Source: a virus
Reading direction: 5' to 3' (one strand)
Length of the DNA: 64,000 nucleotides
IMG/VR virus record: IMGVR_UViG_3300034356_001232
Location: 7,255-71,254 of that record
Below, in pieces: positions 35,326 to 45,900 of the stretch (position 1 is the first letter of the stretch; every line of letters starts with the position of its first letter). The notes under the pieces are model-generated. The model saw only the letters and a list, made by a program, of their open reading frames with translations, was not told the DNA's origin and ran no database searches. The translations under genes and the position numbers were made by a program.

Positions 35326-38292
35326 ATGCTTAGACATTCTCTATATAAAAAGTTTGCAAAGACTAGTTTTCAACCAGGTGGTGAAAAGAAGTCTGAAGAT
35401 GTTACAGGAAACCCAATGGGTATCCCTACTGTACAGGCCCCTAAAACCCCAACGCCTGCCCCTAATTTTAGCGTAACCACTCCTGACTTCCTAAGTACAT
35501 TTGGTCAAGGGAATAACATCATTACTGGTGCACCCTTAGGAACTCGTGAAACAACCGATGAGAATGGAAATGCTATATCTGCTGCACCTGGGTATGTTGC
35601 GCCTTCTAAAGAAACTAAAAAAGAGGACAACGTCTTTGATAAGTTAAAAGAGCAAGGTAAAAGCAATTGGCAAGACTATGCTACTCTAGGATTAGCTGGT
35701 GCTTCTAGTGTCCTAAATTACCAAGACGACATACGCAGGGAGCAAGAATTACAGACCTCTATCCAAAACAGAGGCGTAGATGCAAAACCAATAAATGACT
35801 ACAACTGGATGTATGGACGTACTACCAGTGGCGGCACAGAATATCAACCTACAATCATGGCTAAAGACGGAGCAAAGATTAATACTCGTTATGGGTTAAA
35901 TGATCGCACAATATCTAACGTAGAGATTGAGGGAGGAGAGTTTTTGATTCTTCCCGATGGAACTACAGAGATTGCTAAAGGACCTTCACACAAAAAAGGA
36001 GGTATCGATACTATCCTTCCAGAAGGAACTAAAGTATTCTCAAACCACCTCAAACCAAAAGACTTGCATAAAATGCCTGCTGAGCAGAAGTTTATGCTTA
36101 TGAATAAGTACATGGAAGATGGTGGGGATATGTCTATGGGATTAGGCCTAGACTACCTTGAAGATATGAAAGAACTTATCAAGGGTAGCAAAGACAAGAA
36201 AGAGTCTGACGAGGGAGTAGGTCCAAAGAAGTCTGGATATAAAGACAATACTAGAACCTTTGCTGAGTTAGCAAAGCGTTACGATTTGAAACAGTATCAA
36301 GAATTGCTTGACAATCCTTTTACTAACCAAGTAGATAGACAGACTGCTGAATTACTTCTTAAGCGTAATCAACAGATACTTGATCAGTTGTTCCGTGACC
36401 AACAGATTTTAAATAATAATTCTACAGGGGAACCCATGCCTGAGCAAACTCAGATGGCTAATGGAGGAATTAACAATCCTGGCTTTGAAGCTCTTCCAGG
36501 TTATGTACAAGCAAAGATTACTGCCAACATGGAAGATGGAGGTAAGAAGTATAAACTTCCTGACAATGCTGTTATCTTAGACGAGAAGGATCAAACAAAA
36601 GCAAACGTAGGTGACTATGTTAGAAGTGCTGATGGTACTATCAAAAAGGTAACTAAGAAAGACATGAAGACCATTGACAAAGGCTTTAATAAAGACTTTG
36701 GAGTTATGCGTGATCGTTTCATGGACCCTAAGTTAGAGGGAGCACGTGATGCTATGTACCAAAAGTACTTGAACGACCCTAAACATAAAGGTACTACAGT
36801 ATCAAAAGAACAGTTCTTCAACAACTATCTAAAGACTCAACAACAATTATATCAAATTGACGAGGCGGTAGCGAAAGATCCTAAGTTAGCAGCTTCTATC
36901 TCAAGTGAAGATTACGATAGAACGGCAGGTGGTATGAAGAATAAAAAATACCAAGAGTTAAGTAAACAACTAGGACTAGAACCACTGAAGGAAGAAGAGA
37001 TTTCTATGTTCCAAGCAGGTTACCATGACTTGGCTGATATTCAACAAGATCCTAAGTATGCAGAACAACTAAAAGACTTTGACTTGACACCTAAGGGTAT
37101 GATGGATGATAGTTACTTAGGTAAACCTATTTCTGGCGAAGATGCTATTATGGGTAACACCACAATAAGACAGCTTCAACGTCTTAGGAATACAGAGCAA
37201 GTTCCTGAGTTAGGTTTTGAGAATGTTCCTGAAGAAACTCCTCCGGGAGGTGAGTTTAATGTACAGACAGTTGAGAAAGGTAAGTATGAAAGGGAGCCAT
37301 TCCCTACTAACCAGTATATCCCCGGTGCTTACGGACTTGCTCAATCTCAAGAAGTATTCACTCCTGCAATTCCTGAAGTAGCTGCACCTTATGTTAGACC
37401 TCAAACGCTTAACATCCAAAGTCAGTTACAAGACGCAGATAACAACGCTATTGCTGCTATGCGTTATGGAGCAGATCCTAACATGGCATACATAGCAGGA
37501 CTTGATTCTAAACAGAAAGCATTCCAAACCAAACAAAACTATGATGCTGAAGGTAGGTGGAAGGCTGACTTGTATAACGCAGATGCCAAGTTCAAAGCAG
37601 ACGTTTACAATGCCGATGCTTTCAACACAGGGTACAATGACATGTACGCTACTGCATTAGGTAATCAAAGTGAAGCTAAACAGGCTTCTGTTGCTAACCT
37701 TGTAAATCTCCGAAATAAGTATAATCAAGACGAAAACCTTAAAGAGTTTTACCTTAATACTTACGGTCCAAGTCTAAATAAAAAACAAGGAGAAAATAAA
37801 GTAACGCCAACACCCGGTGCTGCATCTTTTAGTTGGAGTAGTTCTTCAAGCAGTTCAGGTAAGACTAGTCCTGCAGCATCTAGTACTACAGGAACTCCTT
37901 CTGTAACTACAGGCCCAGCTCCAAGCACAACACCTGCTACCCAACCAAACGCACAAACACCTCCAACTACTGCTACTGCCCCAGGTACTCCTATGGTTAA
38001 TCGCAGAAGTTTAGATCCTAGCTTGCCACTGTCTATGCAATATGGACCTACCTTTAACCAAGATAACGGAGTTAACTTGTTAACCTTGCCTGAGTCTATG
38101 GGTGGTGCAATGAAGACTGAAGGTACTGTTCCTCCTCCGTCCACTCCTTCTACGCCAGTAACAAAACGTAGTTTAAATACTAACCTACCTTTGTCTATGC
38201 AGTATGGTCCTAGTTTTAAGATGGGTGGAGAACTAGATAATTATCTCAATCCATTTAAAAAGAACAAAGCTAGAGGCTTTAGAAAGAAATAA
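35326..38292 (+). CDS. Virion cargo/ejection protein
   Basis: VEIEGGE...GPSHKKGG...VFSNHLK motif seen in crAss-like internal proteins. Cys-free, S/T/P-rich tail, [MF]xxGG motifs. Confidence 0.7.
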   Translation: MLRHSLYKKFAKTSFQPGGEKKSEDVTGNPMGIPTVQAPKTPTPAPNFSVTTPDFLSTFGQGNNIITGAPLGTRETTDENGNAISAAPGYVAPSKETKKEDNVFDKLKEQGKSNWQDYATLGLAGASSVLNYQDDIRREQELQTSIQNRGVDAKPINDYNWMYGRTTSGGTEYQPTIMAKDGAKINTRYGLNDRTISNVEIEGGEFLILPDGTTEIAKGPSHKKGGIDTILPEGTKVFSNHLKPKDLHKMPAEQKFMLMNKYMEDGGDMSMGLGLDYLEDMKELIKGSKDKKESDEGVGPKKSGYKDNTRTFAELAKRYDLKQYQELLDNPFTNQVDRQTAELLLKRNQQILDQLFRDQQILNNNSTGEPMPEQTQMANGGINNPGFEALPGYVQAKITANMEDGGKKYKLPDNAVILDEKDQTKANVGDYVRSADGTIKKVTKKDMKTIDKGFNKDFGVMRDRFMDPKLEGARDAMYQKYLNDPKHKGTTVSKEQFFNNYLKTQQQLYQIDEAVAKDPKLAASISSEDYDRTAGGMKNKKYQELSKQLGLEPLKEEEISMFQAGYHDLADIQQDPKYAEQLKDFDLTPKGMMDDSYLGKPISGEDAIMGNTTIRQLQRLRNTEQVPELGFENVPEETPPGGEFNVQTVEKGKYEREPFPTNQYIPGAYGLAQSQEVFTPAIPEVAAPYVRPQTLNIQSQLQDADNNAIAAMRYGADPNMAYIAGLDSKQKAFQTKQNYDAEGRWKADLYNADAKFKADVYNADAFNTGYNDMYATALGNQSEAKQASVANLVNLRNKYNQDENLKEFYLNTYGPSLNKKQGENKVTPTPGAASFSWSSSSSSSGKTSPAASSTTGTPSVTTGPAPSTTPATQPNAQTPPTTATAPGTPMVNRRSLDPSLPLSMQYGPTFNQDNGVNLLTLPESMGGAMKTEGTVPPPSTPSTPVTKRSLNTNLPLSMQYGPSFKMGGELDNYLNPFKKNKARGFRKK

Positions 38293-38298
38293 CCTACC

Positions 38299-39918
38299 AT
38301 GATTACACATCGTTCCAAAGGTTTTGTATACCCTGATTATGTATCTCCGCTACCTGCGGATGAGTTTCTTAAGGGTGTACAATACAAGCAAAAAATGTTT
38401 GATGAGGGAGTTTCATTAGTAAACTCTCAACTAGATACATATAGAGAAATTCGTAACTCTTTACTAAAGGATCAAGATAAAAAGTACTTTGACCAAGAAG
38501 CAACTAAACTTGTCAATGCCTTGAACAAAACAGCAGGGCTTGATTTCTCAGTTAAAGGAAATGTTACAGCTGCCTTGAATACCGGCAAACAACTTATCAA
38601 TGATCAATACATCAAGTCAGCAGCAGAGTCTAGTGCTACTTACAAGAAGATGATGGAGGAGTATAGTAAGTTAGATGCTTCTAAGAAGAGTAACGTAAAT
38701 GACTTTTTCTTCTTCAACGAAATTAAGAATTGGCAAAACGATGGTAAGGTTGGCAGTAAGTTAAACTACAATCCTTATACAGTCTACACAGATGAGCATG
38801 TTAAACTCTGGGGCGAGCTATCTAAGACTCTTAAACCTGAAGAGGTTGAGTACCCTGAGTTTGACGAAAGAAGTGGTCAGTGGATTATGAAGAAATCATT
38901 CTCTGGTGTATCTGCTGAAAGATTTAGAAATGCTTACTTAAACGGTTTGAGTGCTCAAGGTAAGAATCAGTTAGACATGGAGGCTAGATACCGTGTGATG
39001 AACTCTGATAAAGATGCATTGGTTAAATCCTTCTATCAGAATCATCAGACTATCCTTACAGATATTGGTGCAAAGATAGCTAAGAATGAAGCAGACAAGA
39101 ATGAGTTAACTAAAAGATACGGACCAAACTCTCCTGAAGTTATGAGGGTTAACGAAAGTATCAACCAACTTAACCTAACTAGGCAGTATTACACTGAGCA
39201 AACTAGTAAGTCTCCTGATCAAATTTCTGACAATGACTTAGTAAGTTTTATCAAAGACAGCATAATTAATGATGCTTCTGGCTCTTTTGCATACGAGAAT
39301 AAGAAGACTGAACTAGAAGCTAACCCTTATGCACTAGATCGTGCTAAGATGGCAAACAACATCACAGAGGCACAAGCTAAAGCACGTATCGACATTGCTA
39401 AAGAGCAAGAATTGGATAGACTTGGTTTGAGTGCTAGAAAAGCTTCAGGAGAACAATCTCTTGCTCCCGGTGCCTACATGCCTACTGCCGCTTATGATAA
39501 ACAACCAGGTGTTCAGTCTTTTGTAGATTGGTACGGTCAAGTAGAAAGCTTAGCTCAAGGTAAACAAAACCAAACTGCTATTCAAAGGTTTGCAGGAGAT
39601 AAGACAGTCGAAGAAACTCTAGAAAGAGCAAGTCAAGAAAATTCTTGGAATCCTGTAGACCGTCGTATGATTAATGAAACCTTTTCATCTCCTCAAATAG
39701 CTGAACAGTTTTTTTACAAGTTGATGGGAATTAAAAATATATTGAATGGTACTAGCAAGGCTAAGAACTCTTCTGGAACCGATGTAACTATCAACCCAAG
39801 TACTATTCTTTCTGTTAAAGAAGTAACTGGACAAGTAAGAGATATTCCTTATAGTGCTTTCTTGAAAAAACCAGGTTCCTACCTAGCCGCTATACAAGAG
39901 ATTAAGATTAAAGAATAA
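38299..39918 (+). CDS. Virion cargo/ejection protein
   Basis: YVSPLP...KQKMFDEG, GLDFS, EANPYAL. Cys-free, directly before the giant genes. Confidence 0.7.
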   Translation: MITHRSKGFVYPDYVSPLPADEFLKGVQYKQKMFDEGVSLVNSQLDTYREIRNSLLKDQDKKYFDQEATKLVNALNKTAGLDFSVKGNVTAALNTGKQLINDQYIKSAAESSATYKKMMEEYSKLDASKKSNVNDFFFFNEIKNWQNDGKVGSKLNYNPYTVYTDEHVKLWGELSKTLKPEEVEYPEFDERSGQWIMKKSFSGVSAERFRNAYLNGLSAQGKNQLDMEARYRVMNSDKDALVKSFYQNHQTILTDIGAKIAKNEADKNELTKRYGPNSPEVMRVNESINQLNLTRQYYTEQTSKSPDQISDNDLVSFIKDSIINDASGSFAYENKKTELEANPYALDRAKMANNITEAQAKARIDIAKEQELDRLGLSARKASGEQSLAPGAYMPTAAYDKQPGVQSFVDWYGQVESLAQGKQNQTAIQRFAGDKTVEETLERASQENSWNPVDRRMINETFSSPQIAEQFFYKLMGIKNILNGTSKAKNSSGTDVTINPSTILSVKEVTGQVRDIPYSAFLKKPGSYLAAIQEIKIKE

Positions 39919-39922
39919 GAGA

Positions 39923-42900
39923 ATGGCAAAAAAACTTCAAGGAAATTTTAATTTCTTAGGACTAGATCCTTCGCAGAGTGCTTTAGATTCTAATGTAATT
40001 AAATCTGCAGTAGATAATGTTTTAGGCCAAGACCCTAATATATTTAAGAGTTACCACTCTGAGGAATTTTTAAGACCTCAAGTAGAGTATGCTAGATATA
40101 AAAATGAAATTGATCGTCAACGAAACCTAAGTGTAAACTCACTTAACTTTTTGGCTAAGGAAGCTGGATACGATGACGCACATGCTTCTAATCTCTACAA
40201 TCGAATTACTAGTATCTCTGATTTAGATTTTGATAAAGGTTCAGAAGAACTTAAAAATCTGACAAAAGAGTTAGACGACTTGCAGGAACAAGCTACTACA
40301 AATCAACATAGTGGGGTTGATTACTGGGCTGACTTTGCTGGTACTGTAGAATCATTATCTAGAGGTACTGCTAAGTTATTTCAATCAGATGATACTAATA
40401 AAAAATACGATTTAGAAAAATACTTAGGCAGTAATAAACCTGATTACGCTTCCTTGAAGGAGTATAGTACTCCCGAGGATGTGACTAAATATGTTTCTAA
40501 ACTAGTAAACCAACAACGTCAGTTGCTTGAGTCACGTAAGGTTGTAAGTGATTTAGGTATAGACAAGATGGTTAATCTACTTGAGCAAAGTAGTAAGGTC
40601 TCTAATAAACCTAATGCTCTTGACGATATAATGATGCCATTGTTAGAGACCAAGTTTAAAACACCTGGCTCAGACTTTTTCAGAGATCCAAACAGCGACT
40701 TAGCTTTGACTACTTTTGACAAGTGGGCATCTTATTGGAATCCTGAGATGGTTGGATCTAACATGCAGAAGAACGCTGAGTATGTTAAAGACTTCCAAGA
40801 TAAAATGCGTAGGACTGTTAAGAGTGATCCTACAAAATCTGTCTTTGACGAATCTGCTTTCTTGAAACATGATTTAGCATCAGAAGCTTTAGGTACTTAT
40901 AAGTTAGCAATTCAAAACGAATTGAATAAAACTCTGGAAGCCGCAAGACTCCAAGAAGAAAAAGCACCAACAGGAGTTAGTCCTAAGAACAATCCTCTTT
41001 ACAAGTCAAAGATTGAGAAGCTTAACAATGCTTTGAACATCGCAGTTCAGCATGAAAAAGAAATAGATAGTATCTATGGAGTACAGAAAGGAGATAGAAG
41101 CGGTGCATTGAATGCTTTGTATCATTCAGGTAAGGAAGCTATGGTAGCCGGAACTAATTTCTTGTTTAACCTAGCATTGTTAGGCAATTTACCTAAGACA
41201 GGTACTTATGATGCGAACACTACCTTAGCTTTAAATGCTGGTTATAAACCTGAAGTAATTGACTACGATAAATACGGGAATCCTGTTTTATCAAGTCAAG
41301 TATTCTACGAAACAAAAGCCGGTTCTAAAAAGAACTGGGGAGGTTTTTTTGAATCAGGTCTTCAGATTGTAGGAGATATGATACCTACTATTCTTCTGAC
41401 TAGAGGAGTAGGAGGCGCTGTACGTTCTGCTGCTTCTGCTGAAGCCGCTGCTTTATCGGAAGGAGCTTCTACTGCTGGTCTTGCTACTAAGACTCTTAAT
41501 GTTTATGACAAGATAAATAAAGTTGCAGTTCTTCCTAAGAAAGTTCCTTTAGTTGGAGGCCCTCTAAGAATAGCTGATAGGGTAGCAACTACTGCTTCTG
41601 TTTATACAACTGTGTACCCTCGTGTATACCAAGAAGAACTTAAGTGGGGAGGCAATGCATCTGAAAGAGCTAGACTAATGGCTTTCAATGAAGCTCTTAC
41701 GGAAGGATTAGGATTTCCCGAAGTCGGAGGTTTAAAGGTTACTGGATACCGAAGAGGTCTTGGTGCCGCAGCAAGAACAGCTACAGATGTTCCTTTGACA
41801 AGAACTCAACGTTTTACAAATTTTGCAAACGGAGCCGGATACTTTACCAAGACTGCTTTAAAGGTTAATCTTTTGGAAACTATGGAAGAGGAAATGGCCT
41901 TGTTTGGTGAGTACATGATTTCCAAAGGTTACGAAGAAGAGTACGATAGAGTAGGCAGACAGAAGACAGAACTTAATGACAGTACTATCATTGATACTTT
42001 TGTAGAGTCTTTCAAGGGAGGTTTGCTTTACAGTGGTCTGAATACAGGCATGCGTCACTATCAGATTACTCGTCCTGATGCATTGCGTGATTACGCTCGT
42101 TATGAGGCTGCGCAAAACCCTGAACTATTTAAAGCTAAGCTAGTAGCTGACTTTAGAAAGAATCCAGGAAGTATGACTCAGAAAGATCTACAGAATGGAA
42201 TTATTGAGATTGACAACCTAGCAAGTACATTTAAGTCATTGAGTTCTTTAGATAACCTAAAGGACTTGAATACTTTCTTAGACGACGAAGATGCTCGATT
42301 CAACTTGTTTACTAGGGCCGACCAAAGAAATACTTTGAGCATGATTGACTTTGAATCTCTAACAGACGAACAGAGAGAAGAGTTGACCAGTTACAAATTG
42401 ATGAGTGAAATCTCTGATAAAGGACTTAAAAGAGCAGACGAGTTAAAGCTTAGAGTGGCTGAGTTGGCTGAAAGAGCTAGAGAAGAAACATTAACTCCAG
42501 AAGAACAGGCGGAGTACATGAAGTCTCAGCAAGATTACTTTGCGTTGAAGCAGTTAAGTCGTTATAAGTATTTCAATAGAAGAGATTTATCTACAGAACA
42601 AGTTAAGTTCTTGACTGAGAATGGTATAATGACTGATAACTCATTCAACTTTACTCAGGAAGATTTGAATAAAATGATTTCTGATGTAGATACAGATATT
42701 CTTAAGACTGAGAAAAGAGCTTTTCAGTACGCTAGTATGACTGAGTCTCAGAAAAAACAGAGAATCAACCAAGCGTATGATGATAGGATTAGTTTGATAT
42801 CTCAGATGCAGAGTCCTGCCGAACTTAATAATTCATATAGTGCTATTAAGAGAGACTACGAGTATCTAGACCAAAACGTTGCGAATGTTAGCCAAGAAAT

Positions 42901-45900
42901 GATGGATAACAAGAAACGTTTAATGGAAGCTTACGGTGCTCGTTTTGATGAATTGACTGCTACACAAGAGAATGGTAGGAATGCTTTTGAAAACTCTATA
43001 GCTGAAGTTAGCTTAGAAGAACTCATCAATAGTAATGACTTGACTGGTTTGCATGACTTGGTTAGAGCACTTAGTAAAAACCAAGACCATGTTGATAGTG
43101 GATTCTTTAACATCATGCAGGAGAGCATTGGTATAGCTCACGCCACTATTATAGATAATCTTAGCAAGTTAAGTCCAGAAGCTAAGATGAATGCTTTGCT
43201 TCCTATCTTCGATAAGTTGGTTAAGGAAAACGTTAAGTCTTTCTACGAACCAGATGCACTTCGTGAAACTTTTACCCACGATGAAGGATTAAAACTAGAT
43301 ATCTCTAATGAAGAGTTTGAAGCACTTCGAAATAATTTGATGGAACTCCGTGGCAAAAGAAGAAGTGATTCTTTGGCTGCTACAGGTAGATTGGATAACG
43401 TAGATACTCCAGTAGTAGATCCTGCTAATCCTCCTTCAGACGAATTGTCTGAATTGGCTAATGCAGCTAGTGTTGCAAGTACTGAGGTAGATGAGGCAGG
43501 AGATTCTGAAAAGAAACTTAAAGAGAATGACTACTACAATCGTATCACGGCAAATAAAACTCCTCAACAAATTGTAGAGGTTATTAAGAACCGAATTAAT
43601 TCTCGATTCAACGCTCAAAGTAAAAGAGCAAAATCACTCATTAAGATTATTGATAATTATCTGGCTGATAAAGACCGGGTTAAATTTGATACCGAGTGGA
43701 AAGCAGTTGTAGAGGATATCCAGAATGAGATTGATAACCTACTTACAAGTAATGCTAAAAGCAAAAGAGCAGAAACCTTAACAGAAACTTTGAATGAAGC
43801 GGCTTTGTGGAATCGTTCCATGAAGAAGATGTTACTTCAGAATCCTACTACTACGTTTACTCCTAGTCCTACAGTTGTAGAGGAGGCTCCTGAAGGCCTT
43901 AACCCTAATGCACCTATAGAAGATGCTCCCGTAGTACTTTTAGAGTCTCAGGAGAAAGAACTAGAGCAACTAGACAGCGTACAACAAGCACGTAGGTCTA
44001 GATTGATGCAGTTAACCAGTTCTTTGAAGACAGCCGCTATTGAGTATGACGGTAAGAATGTAAGAAACTCTGACATAGCTGTAGCTCGTAGAGTAGCTCA
44101 ATTAGATTCTCTATCAGAAGACGGTGAGATTCAAACTAAGATTGTTAACCGTAGACAGTACTTAAGAGAAACTCTTGGTAAATTGTACCCTAACAAGTCT
44201 AATCAAGAAATTGAGGAAGACCTTCAAGCAATTAACCAATTCTTCACACAGACAGATATGACTGTAGATGTGTGGGATAGTTTGAATGATTCTCAGAAGG
44301 ATGAGTTCTTACAGCCTATCAATGATTTGCTTGGCAAACACTTCTTCAGTAACAACGAGTTTTCCTACTTCATTAAAAATAAAGGTAAGGGTCTTATAAC
44401 CCAACCTTCTGTTATTGTTACTGTTGCTGATGAGAAAGGCAAGGTAGCTTTGATTGATGGTTATCCTTTAGAGTTACAGTTTACTATTTCTGAAAAGAAC
44501 GCAAACAAAGCATGGCCTAATATTCCTTGGAGAAACTCTCAAAGAGTTGTAAAAGATGCTCAAGACTTTAGTATCAAAGAGGGAGATGTAATGAATGCTC
44601 ATAAGAAAGGTTACGAGGCTCGTGAGGCTTTGGTAAAGTATCTTTCTGAGAATGACGATGCAGATGTTATTGTGCCAGCAGAACTAACAGCAGGTGTACT
44701 TATTGGTCCCGAAGCATTCCAATTCATTGGTGAGACTACCGTAGGACAGTCTGTAAAACTAGAGGACTTTCAGTTGGCTGAGAATGCTGCCACAGCAATC
44801 TTTGGAAAACGATTTAAGTTTGACTTGGGTCGTCTGTACTATAACAACAACGGAAATCCATTGATCATTATGAACACTCAAATCAGTAAAGAAGATGCTG
44901 ATGTGTTGGCTGACTTGGTTTTCTCTAACGATGCTTCTGTAGTAAATCCTGTTGTTCTTAAAGAGTATCTAATGTCTATCATGAACCAGATAGATCCTCA
45001 GAGTCGTATTCTTTTATTTGACGGAGATACTTATGCCTTTACTAACGCTGAAGGTCAGATGGTTTATCAACTTGACCAACTCTTGAAACCAACATTAACT
45101 ACTGGTAAGAAGGGAAGTTACAAGCACAGAACTTTGGGTAAGGAAGAATTTTCTCAACTACTCCAAAAGATGTACTACAAAGTAGACAAAAAGTATCTAC
45201 AAGACGGAGAGCGTGAGGGAGATAGATTGCCTAGATTCAAAAGAGTACAGGATGCAGAAGGTAACATGACTATCACTATGTCAAATGAAAGTTACTTAGA
45301 CTATCTTAAAAGGACTCATCAGTTCCCAGTAGACAAGGAAGACAACTTACTTACTTTGGGTAACAAGAATCTTTACTTAGACTCTGCTGCCGTAGAACAG
45401 AAGGCTACTACAAAGAAGACTAGTGCTCCTGCTCCCGCAAAGAAAACTCCTACTAGTACTAGGAGTGGAAAAGCTGATATAGAAAGAAGAAGACAAGAAG
45501 AGTTAAAACCTTATGATGAGAGAGATACAAAAAGCTTAGAAGCTATTATGCCTAACAATCCTAATCATCCCACTTTTAAAGTAGGTATGAAGTTTAGTCT
45601 GGGTATGAATATTTTGGTAGAAGATACATTATTTGCTGATAATTATGATGGTAGAGAAGATTCCTATGAAGCAATCACGGTTATTATGTCACCCGCTGAA
45701 TTTGGAGAAGATGGTAAAATGACCAAAGCAGCAAAAGTAAAAGTAACTGTATTTAATACAAAGGAAGATGCTGATAAAGCAATACAAGAAAAGTATGAAA
45801 CAGTAAAATCTAAAGTTGGACAAAAACAACAAGCAATTAATGCTAAATATGATGCAGAACTAGCTGCTTTAGAAACTCCTACTAGACCAACTCTTACACC

